Below are positions 35,888 through 46,230 of a stretch of 64,000 bases of DNA, one piece after another (position 1 is the stretch's first letter; each line of letters opens with the position of its first letter). The notes under the pieces are model-generated. The model made no database searches. It was not told the DNA's origin and saw nothing but the letters and a program-made list of their open reading frames with translations. The stretch is from Dehalococcoidia bacterium (lineage in GTDB: Bacteria > Chloroflexota > Dehalococcoidia > SZUA-161 > SpSt-899): contig JBLYPS010000008.1 in the NCBI GenBank assembly GCA_048539495.1, forward strand, positions 837 through 64,836. Direction: 5' to 3'. The position numbers and the translations under genes were made by a program.

Positions 35888-37654
35888 TTAGAGATTACTG
35901 ATGTCGCGCGGCTTGCTGCCAAACTCCACCTTCTCCACTGGTGATTCGATCATCTCGGTGATGGCTGCCCCCGGCGCGACCATCGGGTAAACGTTCTCCT
36001 CGGGCTCGACCACGAAATCAATGAGGAAAGGCCCTGGATGATCCATCGCCTGCTGAATGGCGGGAATCACCTCAGCTTTGCTCCTTACCCTGAGGGCGGG
36101 CAGGCCATAGGCCTCAGCAAGCTTGACGAAGTCGGGGCCGCTAAGCGGGGTGGCGACATAGCGGCGCCCATAGAACATTTCCTGCCACTGCCGCACCATC
36201 CCGAGATAGCCATTATTGAGGATGGCTATCTTAACGGCAATATCGTCTTGAACTATGGTGGCCAGTTCCTGCACCGTCATCTGGAATCCCCCGTCGCCGG
36301 CGACACACCACACGCAGTCATCAGGGAGCCCTACCTTCGCCCCAACGGCTGCGGGCAGCTCAAAGCCCATCGTTCCTAATCCACCGGAGGAGATGAGACT
36401 GTTGGGCTTGTCGTAGCAATAGTGCTGCGCCGACCACATTTGATGCTGGCCGACGCCGGTGACAATGGTGGCCCTGCCGGCGGTAACCTGGTGAATCTTC
36501 TGTATCACATATTGGGGCAGTAGCTGCTCGGTTTCCCGAATCACGGTTGACGGATGCTCGCGGCGCCACTCTTCTATCTGCCGAATCCATCCGAGTCGGC
36601 AGTCGCCAGTTGGCAGTTGACAGTCCTCCGACCCCTGGCCTCTGTCCCCTGATCCCTCGATCTGCTTGTTCAACGACTGTAATACATTCTTGATGTCTCC
36701 CACGATGGGCACGCTCACCTTGAGGTTCTTTCCGATCTCAGCAGGGTCAATGTCAATATGAATGATCTGGGCGTGCGGAGCAAAACCAGATACCTTTGCG
36801 GTGGCTCGGTCGTCGAACCGCATTCCGATAGCGATGATGAGATCCGCGGCATCTACTGCCAGGTTGGCATAGGCCATGCCGTGCACGCCCAGCATGCCGA
36901 AGCTGAGGACGTGGCTTTCGGGGAAGCAGCTGATGCCCAGAAAGGTTGTGACAACCGGCACTTGAGCTTTCTCCGCCAGTTCCTTGAGCTCTTGGTAGGC
37001 TTTGGAGATGATGACCCCGCGCCCGGCGATGATCGCCGGGCGTTTCGCCTCGTTTATAAGCCTGGCCGCTTTCTTTATCTGCAATGGATGCCCCTGGACG
37101 GTCGGGCAGTATCCTGCCAGATTGACCCTGGCGGGGTAGGCGAAGGCAGCCTCATCGGTGAACACATCGCGCGGGACGTCAATGAGCACCGGCCCCGGCC
37201 GTCCGGTGGTGGCGATGTGAAATGCTTCCTTGAACACCTTAGCCATGTCCTCTACCCTGGACACCTGATAGTTGTGCTTGGTAATGGGCACAGTGATGCC
37301 GATGATGTCTATCTCCTGGAAGGCATCCTTGCCGATGAAATGTCTGGCGACCTGGGCGGTTATGGCTATCACCGGCGAGGAGTCGAGATGGGCACTGGCG
37401 ATGCCGGTGACCAGGTTGCAAGCCCCCGGTCCTGAGGTGGCAAAGCAGACGCCTGCTTTGCCGGTGGCGCGGGCATACCCATCGGCGGCGTGGGCCGCCC
37501 CTTGCTCATGGCGCACCAGGATGTGGCGCAGTTGGGGATACTGGGGCAGCACATCATACAGGGGCAAGATAGCTCCACCGGGATAGCCAAAAACGACCTC
37601 CACCCCCTCGTTAATTAGCGATTGGCAGAGCATTTGGGCACCATTCATTCTCAT
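35888..37654 (-). CDS. ilvB: acetolactate synthase large subunit (biosynthetic type)
   Basis: Thiamine-diphosphate enzyme N-terminal, central and C-terminal domains (GGAILPLYD..., GDGGFQM). An in-frame C-family insertion (36598-36665) gives ...GSGDRGQGSEDCQLPTGDCRLGW.... Confidence 0.9.
   Translation of the reverse strand: MRMNGAQMLCQSLINEGVEVVFGYPGGAILPLYDVLPQYPQLRHILVRHEQGAAHAADGYARATGKAGVCFATSGPGACNLVTGIASAHLDSSPVIAITAQVARHFIGKDAFQEIDIIGITVPITKHNYQVSRVEDMAKVFKEAFHIATTGRPGPVLIDVPRDVFTDEAAFAYPARVNLAGYCPTVQGHPLQIKKAARLINEAKRPAIIAGRGVIISKAYQELKELAEKAQVPVVTTFLGISCFPESHVLSFGMLGVHGMAYANLAVDAADLIIAIGMRFDDRATAKVSGFAPHAQIIHIDIDPAEIGKNLKVSVPIVGDIKNVLQSLNKQIEGSGDRGQGSEDCQLPTGDCRLGWIRQIEEWRREHPSTVIRETEQLLPQYVIQKIHQVTAGRATIVTGVGQHQMWSAQHYCYDKPNSLISSGGLGTMGFELPAAVGAKVGLPDDCVWCVAGDGGFQMTVQELATIVQDDIAVKIAILNNGYLGMVRQWQEMFYGRRYVATPLSGPDFVKLAEAYGLPALRVRSKAEVIPAIQQAMDHPGPFLIDFVVEPEENVYPMVAPGAAITEMIESPVEKVEFGSKPRDISNL
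36598..36665. repeat. C-family composite heptamer element, in frame in ilvB
   Basis: ggcagtcgccagttggcagttgacagtcctccgacccctggcctctgtcccctgatccctcgatctg. Confidence 0.8.
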
Positions 37655-37717
37655 GGCTCTTCTCCCTCTCCTAGATAGACCATACCATAGCTACCGTATC
37701 GGTGTCAACCAGAACGA

Positions 37718-37800
37718 GTTTTGAGTATTGAGTATCGAGTTTACAGGACGGGGTGGCCTCAAAACTCAGAACTCTAAACTCTTGACTCTTGACTCTTGAC
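37718..37800. repeat. family B palindromic element plus 4 tandem 'cttgact' heptamers (intergenic)
   Basis: gagttttgagtattgagtatcgagtttacaggacggggtggcctcaaaactcagaactctaaactcttgactcttgactcttgactcttgac. Confidence 0.85.
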
Positions 37801-37829
37801 TCTTGACATGGCATTAGGCTAAAATCGAA

Positions 37830-37900
37830 TTACGGTTCACGGTTCGGGGTTGGGCCTGCGTAACCATTGAACCTTGAACCTCGAACGTTGAACCCGTTGA
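37830..37900. repeat. heptamer palindromic element (ggttcac/gaacctt family)
   Basis: ggttcacggttcggggttgggcctgcgtaaccattgaaccttgaacctcgaacgttgaaccc. Confidence 0.75.
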
Positions 37901-37909
37901 GGATGTACC

Positions 37910-39175
37910 GTGTATCAAAGGACTGTTGCGGACAATGGCCTGCGCATCGTAACCAGTAATATGCCTCACATCCGCTCGGTGTGCATCAGCATCTTTGTCG
38001 GTGCTGGTTCCCGCTACGAACCTGCTGAGCAAGCAGGGATCTCTCACTTTGTTGAACACCTCCTATTCAAGGGGACCCAACAGCGAGCAACCACTAAAGA
38101 GATATGCGAGGCTATCGAGGGGATCGGCGGGGTTCTTAATGGCGGTACCGATAAAGAGCTGTCGGTTTACTGGACTAAAGTGGCCCGCCCGCACTTCAGG
38201 ACTGCCCTGGACGTCTTAGCTGATATGATCTGTGGCTCTAAGTTCGATCCCCTTGAGATGGAGAAAGAGCGTCAGGTGATCATCGAGGAGATCAACATGA
38301 GCATGGATTCTCCCCAGCAGAGAGTGAACACGCTCATCGACGAGGTTGTCTGGCCAGACCAGGCTCTTGGGCGAGACGTCGCCGGAAGCAAAGAGATGGT
38401 AACTGCTCTCGCTCCTCAGGCCTTGCGTGGCTATTGGGGACGCCAGTATATCCCCGGCAATGCCGTCGCATCCGTTGCCGGCGACATAAGCCATGATGAG
38501 GTAGTGGCCCAGGTATCCTATATATTCGATGATTGGGCTGGTGAGGGGGCCACCAACTGGATTCCGGCTCGGGATGACCAGGATAAACCCCGCCTCTTAA
38601 CAGAGTTCAGGAAGACGGAGCAAGCTCATCTCTGTCTTGCCTTGCGGGGAGTTTCTAATTCTGATCCCGATCGCTTTGTCTTCGATTTATTGAACATTGT
38701 CCTTGGCGAAGGCATGAGCAGCCGTCTCTTCCTGGAGCTTCGGGAGCGAAAGGGATTGGCGTATGATGTTCACAGCTATGCGAGTCACTTCTTTGATTCT
38801 GGATCGCTGACTGTCTATGCCGGGGTCGAGCCGAAGAACATCGAGGCGGCCATCGAGGTTATCCTGGGTCAACTCTCCCGGTTCAAGGCGGAGGATGTTC
38901 CGGAATCGGAGCTTGTCAAAGCCAAGGAGATGGCCAAGGGTCGTCTGCTGCTTCGCATGGAGGATACCCGGAACGTCTCTGGCTGGATTGGAAGCCAGGA
39001 GCTCTTGACCGGGGAGATCAAGACTGTGGATGATGTGGTCTCCATAGTTGATGCTATCACCGCAGATGATATCCGGAGGGTGTCACAGGGCTTATTCCAT
39101 TCTGAGAAATTAAGCCTGGCTATCGTGGGTCCGGTTTCGGATGACATCCGGTTTCAGAAGCTGTTGGTGCTCTGA
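37910..39175 (+). CDS. M16-family zinc peptidase (pitrilysin/insulinase-like)
   Basis: Inverted zinc motif HFVEHLLFKG (HxxEH), with M16 N- and C-terminal domains. Confidence 0.85.
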   Translation: MYQRTVADNGLRIVTSNMPHIRSVCISIFVGAGSRYEPAEQAGISHFVEHLLFKGTQQRATTKEICEAIEGIGGVLNGGTDKELSVYWTKVARPHFRTALDVLADMICGSKFDPLEMEKERQVIIEEINMSMDSPQQRVNTLIDEVVWPDQALGRDVAGSKEMVTALAPQALRGYWGRQYIPGNAVASVAGDISHDEVVAQVSYIFDDWAGEGATNWIPARDDQDKPRLLTEFRKTEQAHLCLALRGVSNSDPDRFVFDLLNIVLGEGMSSRLFLELRERKGLAYDVHSYASHFFDSGSLTVYAGVEPKNIEAAIEVILGQLSRFKAEDVPESELVKAKEMAKGRLLLRMEDTRNVSGWIGSQELLTGEIKTVDDVVSIVDAITADDIRRVSQGLFHSEKLSLAIVGPVSDDIRFQKLLVL

Positions 39176-39178
39176 CAG

Positions 39179-39243
39179 CGAGTCCAGAGTCCAGAGTCAC
39201 GGGGAGGGGGACTCCAGACTCCAGACTCCAGACTCCAGACTAC
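39179..39243. repeat. family A palindromic element (intergenic)
   Basis: gagtccagagtccagagtcacggggagggggactccagactccagactccagactccagact. Confidence 0.85.
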
Positions 39244-39247
39244 CTTT

Positions 39248-40870
<1,623 letters not shown>

Positions 40871-41173
40871 TTACTTCTTTCTTTTGGCCTGGATGTCGCT
40901 TTCCCGAAGGATGAGATACTCCTCATCCTCATATTTCCACTCCGTCCCGGCGTATTTGGCGTAGATCACCATATCGCCCTTCGCAACATCCATTGGAATA
41001 CGCTTGCTCCCATCTTCGGAAAGCCTGCCAGGTCCGACCGCTACCACTTTTCCTTCCTGTGGTTTCTCCTTGGCAGTGTCCGGGAGCACGATGCCCCCCT
41101 TCGTTACCTCCTCGCGGATTTGTGGCTTCACGATCACCCGATCAGCCAGTGGGGTAACATTCAGTGCCATCAA
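40871..41173 (-). CDS. groS: co-chaperonin GroES
   Basis: [14 protein letters not shown]...[23 protein letters not shown], about 98 aa, directly upstream of groL. Confidence 0.95.
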   Translation of the reverse strand: MMALNVTPLADRVIVKPQIREEVTKGGIVLPDTAKEKPQEGKVVAVGPGRLSEDGSKRIPMDVAKGDMVIYAKYAGTEWKYEDEEYLILRESDIQAKRKK

Positions 41174-41192
41174 TCACCTCCATCCTAAATTT

Positions 41193-41219
41193 GGGAAAAT
41201 TAGCACTCTCTGCCCGAGA
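41193..41219. promoter_or_regulatory. CIRCE operator (HrcA binding site) upstream of groES
   Basis: ttagcactc-tctgcccga-gagtgctaa is a perfect match to the TTAGCACTC-N9-GAGTGCTAA consensus, about 20 nt upstream of the groES start. Confidence 0.9.
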
Positions 41220-41424
41220 GTGCTAATTATTTATATCATACTCAGCGGGCGTTTGTCAAGGGGGCGTTAAGTTGATAACCCTTATCACCTCTTCCTTGGT
41301 CATCACTGTTGGCAATCGTCTGGACCTCCCGGCACGGAGTCGATGAAATCCTCCATCTGTTTGTTGAGCACATCGCGAAAAAGAAACAGCAAAGCATTGA
41401 AAGCCTGATTCTGCATTTTTGCCC

Positions 41425-41453
41425 TTGACTACTTGGTGCAGATTGTGTAGTAT
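41425..41453 (+). promoter_or_regulatory. sigma70-like promoter (TTGACT-17 nt-TAGTAT) facing higBA
   Basis: ttgactacttggtgcagattgtgtagtat, with a 17-nt spacer, about 110 nt upstream of higB. Confidence 0.5.
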
Positions 41454-41566
41454 ATTGATAATCTATCAAAGGATTTCCCAAGACGTAACAGTTATTGTGA
41501 TATACGGCGTTTTTGCGGTCTAGTTAATTGATAGGCGAACTCAGCCCCCGTGTTGACAATCGTCAC

Positions 41567-41869
41567 ATGACAGGTTGCACTTCATGTGTGATCAAGACAT
41601 TCGCAGACAGGCACACGCAGGAACTGTACGCGACTGGTAGGTCGAAACGGTTCCCGCCGGACATCGCGCGACGGGCGAGGCGGAAGCTTGAGTACATCGA
41701 CTTGGCAACGCGCCTAGATGAACTTAAGGTTCCTCCCGGCAATCGACTCCACCAGCTTGGGCAGCACCGGGAGGGGCAGCACGCCATCTCTATCAACGAC
41801 CAATGGCGCATCTGCTTCCGGTTCGTCGATGGTGATGCCTACGAGGTCGAGGTCACAGACTATCACTGA
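41567..41869 (+). CDS. higB: type II toxin, HigB family (plasmid-maintenance killer protein)
   Basis: VIKTFADRHTQELYATG...FPPDIARRARRKLEYI...RLHQL...WRICFRF is the HigB-like toxin pattern. It sits upstream of an XRE-HTH antitoxin. Confidence 0.75.
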   Translation: MTGCTSCVIKTFADRHTQELYATGRSKRFPPDIARRARRKLEYIDLATRLDELKVPPGNRLHQLGQHREGQHAISINDQWRICFRFVDGDAYEVEVTDYH

Positions 41870-41882
41870 GACGAGGTGTGAC

Positions 41883-42197
41883 ATGAGCATTCCAAACACG
41901 GGGAACAGGGAGGTCCGGCCCGCCCATCCCGGCGAGATGCTTCGGGAGGATTTCCTGCCCGACTACGGGCTCACGGTCTCCGGTCTTGCTGAGGCGTTGG
42001 GCGTCTCGCGTCAGACGGTCAACGAGCTGCTCCGCGAGCGTCGGGCGGTGAGTCCGGAAATGGCGCTCCGGCTCTCGCGGCTGTTCAGAAACTCTCCCGA
42101 GTTCTGGCTCAACGCGCAACGCGCGGTGGACCTATGGGACGCAGCCCAGACCGTCGGGACCGACGTCGAGCGCATCAAGCCCTTGATCGTCGCATAA
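41883..42197 (+). CDS. higA: HigA-family antitoxin (XRE-type HTH)
   Basis: HPGEMLREDFLPDYGLTVSGLAEALGVSRQTVNELL is the HigA HTH signature. It starts 14 nt after the higB stop. Confidence 0.8.
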   Translation: MSIPNTGNREVRPAHPGEMLREDFLPDYGLTVSGLAEALGVSRQTVNELLRERRAVSPEMALRLSRLFRNSPEFWLNAQRAVDLWDAAQTVGTDVERIKPLIVA

Positions 42198-42246
42198 CAA
42201 CGGCATACACGCGGACGGGGATTCCGCTTACGCTTCCTCCCCGCCG

Positions 42247-43122
42247 GTGAACCGGAGCGATAGGCGACGCTGCGTCAAGGAGAGCGGACTCATGAACCTA
42301 GACATCGTCTTGATCGACCTGCTGACTCCAGAGGGAGTCCTCACCACGTACAAGATCTGTCCGAAGGGCGGACCAAGGGGGCTCACGATCAATCGGTACC
42401 GGGACGTTTTCCCTGAACGGTTCAGTGACGACGACCTAGAGATTGGAGGTACGCGACTGTACAGCGCATCCAGTTGCTCGATAGAAAAACTCGCCTCTCG
42501 GTTGAGGTCGTTCCGCCTGGACGAGTGCAGTCACTCCTTTTCGTTTCAATTCGAGCACATGGGGGTTCCGGTTGGGCCATCGAGGGAAGCGCACGGCGGC
42601 ATGTACAACTTCGTGTTACCACCCGGTTGGCGCTGCCGCGAGCTGTATGTCTCAGATCCTTACGATCGGAAGTACGATGATGTCAGGAAGAAGAAGCACT
42701 TCCAGCACTCAGTGCTCTGGGATCCCGAGTGCTCCACACAACTCGTCGAGATGCTGCTCCGATCAAGTCGTGGCTCGTCCTCCTTCATCGTCGCGGGCTC
42801 GGCATCGCTTGTGGCAGGCGATCCGCCCGACACGCCGTACGTTGCTTCACAGGAAAGTAGCTGGCCCAGTTCGCGAGTATCGGACACATATCTGCTCGAC
42901 TCAGAGGGCCGTAATCGCCTCGCAGACGAATTGGCGGAGAAGTCCGACTGGCTTGAGCTCAAGCCCAACATCTTTGGCTTGGGCGTCAATCCCAACCAAA
43001 TGATAAAATACGCCATTCGCCATTTCCAGGAGAAGGTCAGACCACGCGAACATGCAGGTAGGGCATCGCCTAACACCGGGTTGCAGCCGACGTTGCTCCG
43101 CTACGCTCCGCGACGCGGCTGA
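42247..43122 (+). CDS. hypothetical protein (no recognisable domain)
   Basis: 291 aa, hydrophilic and Cys-rich, GC-rich codon usage consistent with the neighbouring island genes. An alternative start is the Met at 42292. Confidence 0.45.
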   Translation: MNRSDRRRCVKESGLMNLDIVLIDLLTPEGVLTTYKICPKGGPRGLTINRYRDVFPERFSDDDLEIGGTRLYSASSCSIEKLASRLRSFRLDECSHSFSFQFEHMGVPVGPSREAHGGMYNFVLPPGWRCRELYVSDPYDRKYDDVRKKKHFQHSVLWDPECSTQLVEMLLRSSRGSSSFIVAGSASLVAGDPPDTPYVASQESSWPSSRVSDTYLLDSEGRNRLADELAEKSDWLELKPNIFGLGVNPNQMIKYAIRHFQEKVRPREHAGRASPNTGLQPTLLRYAPRRG

Positions 43123-43153
43123 ACCCGACGGTTAGGCCGGAAAGGGTGGCCAC

Positions 43154-43954
43154 ATGCAAGTTGAAAGTTTCCAATACCGGGACCCGACGGTCCGATCCGT
43201 TCGAATGAGCCGACGGGCTCTTCTTCAGAGGCTCTGCAACCCGCCTCAAGAGGGCAGATGGTTGCTTGCAATTGATCCCGATACATTGGTTGCAAGCATC
43301 GTCGTTCAGAGACCCGATGGGTTCGTCCCAGACGTGCAGGGACACGAAGATCTTTTCCCACTCCTGATGGCAATCGAGCGGCAGGATGGTTTCATTCAGG
43401 GCGGAGACTGGCTCGTAGCGAGCACACCGGCCAAGCGTGAAAGCGACGGCATTTATCGGAGCTATCGGGTTGAATGGGATGATCCGAACCCGGTCATCAT
43501 GGACCCAGGAATCCCGGTCCCTCACACTGGAGCGCTACGGGTCTTCTTGTGCCACGCATCGCAAGATAAGCCTCGAGTACGCGAGCTTTACGAACAAATT
43601 CTGCGATGGGGATACCGTCCCTGGCTCGATGAAGAGAAAATACTTCCAGGTCAGGACTGGAAGGCGGAAATCCGAAAAGCGATTACGGGCACATATGTGG
43701 TGGTCGTTTGCCTCTCACGCAAGGCCACAACGAAAGCAGGTTTCGTTCAAGCGGAGATCGCGCATGCTCTGGATGTCGCAGATGAGCAGTCTGACGGGAC
43801 TATCTTCATCGTACCCCTTCGGCTTGAGGATTGCCGAGTCCCCGATCGGCTTCAGAGATGGCAGTGGGTGGACTTTTTTGGAGAGAAGGGACCAGACCTG
43901 TTTCAGTATGCTCTCAGGACGCGCGCAGCGACCCTTGATTTCGACAATGACTGA
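43154..43954 (+). CDS. TIR-domain protein with an unknown N-terminal domain
   Basis: The C-terminal ~140 aa read RVFLCHASQDKPRVRELYEQILRWGYRPWLDEEKILPGQDWKAEIRKAI...YVVVVCLSRKATTKAGFVQAEIAHALD...IVPLRLEDC. This is the bacterial TIR layout (FxSY/HxxxD, WxDxxxxxPGxxW, SxxxxxSxWxxxEl). The N-terminal ~130 aa match nothing I recognise. Confidence 0.75.
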   Translation: MQVESFQYRDPTVRSVRMSRRALLQRLCNPPQEGRWLLAIDPDTLVASIVVQRPDGFVPDVQGHEDLFPLLMAIERQDGFIQGGDWLVASTPAKRESDGIYRSYRVEWDDPNPVIMDPGIPVPHTGALRVFLCHASQDKPRVRELYEQILRWGYRPWLDEEKILPGQDWKAEIRKAITGTYVVVVCLSRKATTKAGFVQAEIAHALDVADEQSDGTIFIVPLRLEDCRVPDRLQRWQWVDFFGEKGPDLFQYALRTRAATLDFDND

Positions 43955-44186
43955 CATTTGGAATTGGCCTAACAAAGCGCTCCACACGAACTGCCGCTCC
44001 GGTCTCGGCTTCGGCCTGAGCGTCGGGCATTTCGACACTGGTCGGCCTGATCACTTCTTCGCCAAGGCGGCGGTCGGTGAGCTGTGTCGTTGGACGGCGT
44101 GCCATGCATCACCAGCACCGCAACGACCCCATCCACATATCCCGCATTGCTTGCTTGTCTTTCAATTCAGGGTACAATGAGGGTCA

Positions 44187-44420
44187 ATGCGCTTTGAGAT
44201 TATCAGTGAAATCATACACGTCGAAACCATCGCCGTCGGCTCGTCCATTCGCGAGATTACACGTTTACGAAAACGTTACGGCAAGGGGCGCTGGCGGAAG
44301 ATGAAAGGCGTGGCGACCATCCAGTTAGCGAATGGCAAAGTTCGGTTGACAGAAATCCACTGGTACGAAGCGCACGGAATTGGCAAGAAGGAGTACAAGC
44401 GGAAACGCTATTTGGACTAA
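44187..44420 (+). CDS. small basic hypothetical protein
   Basis: 77 aa, Lys/Arg-rich C-terminus (HWYEAHGIGKKEYKRKRYLD). Forms a tight pair with the next small ORF, a TA-like arrangement. Confidence 0.35.
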   Translation: MRFEIISEIIHVETIAVGSSIREITRLRKRYGKGRWRKMKGVATIQLANGKVRLTEIHWYEAHGIGKKEYKRKRYLD

Positions 44421-44431
44421 GGTTAAGGGCA

Positions 44432-44689
44432 ATGAAATCCGTCAAATCACTTCCGGGCAAGTTTGCAATCTGTGTCAATAACGCCGACTATCCCGTCTCG
44501 CTGGAACTGCACAAGCTCTATGGCCTGGTGCCAGATGAGGAGGCCGAGCGAGATGGCGACTTGCGCGTGATTGACGAAAGCGGCGAAGACTATTTGTATC
44601 CAGCGGAGTATTTTCTGGTGGTGGAATTCCCTCAGACGATACAACAGGCATTACAAACGTCTTTCGCACGCACAGTGCAACCCGCGTAA
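44432..44689 (+). CDS. small acidic hypothetical protein
   Basis: 85 aa, acidic (DEEAERDGDLRVIDESGEDYLY). Starts 12 nt after the previous ORF. Confidence 0.35.
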   Translation: MKSVKSLPGKFAICVNNADYPVSLELHKLYGLVPDEEAERDGDLRVIDESGEDYLYPAEYFLVVEFPQTIQQALQTSFARTVQPA

Positions 44690-44784
44690 GCGTCAAATCC
44701 AGGCACGCGGTCCAACACGGCATGCGGCCGACCGCTTCGCGCTGCGCCCTCGCCGCGGCTGATGCCCACGTTAGGCGACGCGGT

Positions 44785-46230
44785 ATGAACCCTTTCTTGC
44801 CAAGCCCTATGATGGAATCGATCTCCGACTATACTCTTGAAAGATTCTCGCGAGCGGTCACGCTCACAGTTCTCGAACTGGACGTAGACCGCCATGCACT
44901 CGTTCCCGCCTACCTCATAGCCAACCTCATGTCGCCAGCTTTGTGGAGATGGCGGGAAGAGCGCAGAGCCTGCGCTCGGAATGGGCAGCTCTTGGGCGCG
45001 AACCGCCGTCTCAAGGAGCTCGAAAGACACTTCCACCGATACACATTCACGCACTTCGCAGACCAGCCAGGCGGCGATCCGTGGGGCTTACTCAGCTTCT
45101 CAGACGAAGAACAGCGTCTCGGGAGCGAGTACGTTCGACATGCGCGGCAGGAGTACGACGAGACGCTTAAGGGCCTGCTGAGGCAGAACCCTGATAGCCA
45201 GTTCGGGCAGATCGTCAAGCAGGATTACTATGAGCGTGGATACTTCCCACGGCTGAGGAATGAGACCCTCGAGGTAATGGACGCGTATTCCACCATTTCG
45301 GACGACGGCAGAGGCTCGGGCAAGTGTGCCGCACTCGCAATGCTTTGGGCAGCCGCGCTTATGGTTTGGGGCCGCTTCCCTCCTGAGAGAATCGCACTGA
45401 TAGGGAACCGTGCCCACGTATTCGTGTTCCTCGATGAGGATAATGGTCACCTCTTCAACAACACAAAGTGGTTCAGTCGGACAAGAATCCACAACGCGTC
45501 GGAGCTCTCCGAGTTCGTGAAGATGGTTACGACCGGCACGAGCACAACGTTCTTCTACTGCCCATCCCTCGGAATGTGCCAGTGTTCAGAGAGGAAATCG
45601 ACGATCCCGTGCGATCACTTAGTGGAGTTGTACCGCCATGTTCGAGACTTCCTCTCGGTTCCCCTGAGGCACCCGGACCCGGCGAACATCTGCTTCGAGG
45701 GAGTATCTGATCCCATTCCGCTCCCATCCGCGTACACCTCAGCCCAGGACTATCGTGATGCCGTCTGGGCCTTGGCGGATCGTCGCCCGGAGTCGGTCTA
45801 CGACTTGGCTCGGTATGCATACCGGTCGCTGGATGTGCCTGCGCCCGCGGTATACGCTCGGGCCGCTCTTCGTGACTATCATGCCCAGGACGCAGCGCGG
45901 CGCATCGGAGATCTCGAAGGGGCCATAGAGTTCGTAAGGAGGATACCCGGACGCCGTTCCGTATTCGACAGCAGAGAACGTATCCAGCTGCCTGACGAGA
46001 CGTTGGCCTTCCGAACAGGCGATGACAGCGACAGGGCACTGCTTCTGTTCACCTTACTTTCGCACTCCTGTGGGCAGTCATCTCGGGTCGGGGTCGCCTT
46101 GACCGATGATGCCAGCTATGTGCGTTTCGAGGGGCTCTGGGTAAATGCTGGTACGCTGTCGGTCGAGTCCCGGACGCCTGAAGGAGTGACCTCTGTGTTC
46201 AACGAGATGGGGAGTTCAGTCGTTTCGTGA
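44785..46230 (+). CDS. large hypothetical protein with a possible transglutaminase-like/papain-like Cys-His-Asp core
   Basis: A GSGKCAALAMLWAAALMVWG segment is followed about 30 aa later by HVFVFLDEDNGHLFNNTKW. That spacing suggests a transglutaminase-like cysteine protease core, but this is uncertain. 482 aa from the Met at 44785; the ORF track starts at 44722. Confidence 0.4.
   Translation: MNPFLPSPMMESISDYTLERFSRAVTLTVLELDVDRHALVPAYLIANLMSPALWRWREERRACARNGQLLGANRRLKELERHFHRYTFTHFADQPGGDPWGLLSFSDEEQRLGSEYVRHARQEYDETLKGLLRQNPDSQFGQIVKQDYYERGYFPRLRNETLEVMDAYSTISDDGRGSGKCAALAMLWAAALMVWGRFPPERIALIGNRAHVFVFLDEDNGHLFNNTKWFSRTRIHNASELSEFVKMVTTGTSTTFFYCPSLGMCQCSERKSTIPCDHLVELYRHVRDFLSVPLRHPDPANICFEGVSDPIPLPSAYTSAQDYRDAVWALADRRPESVYDLARYAYRSLDVPAPAVYARAALRDYHAQDAARRIGDLEGAIEFVRRIPGRRSVFDSRERIQLPDETLAFRTGDDSDRALLLFTLLSHSCGQSSRVGVALTDDASYVRFEGLWVNAGTLSVESRTPEGVTSVFNEMGSSVVS

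Noticed and set aside
41242-41481. 79-aa minus-strand ORF between groES and higB
   Set aside because: It overlaps the predicted higBA promoter, has no RBS or motif, and is Cys-rich noise.
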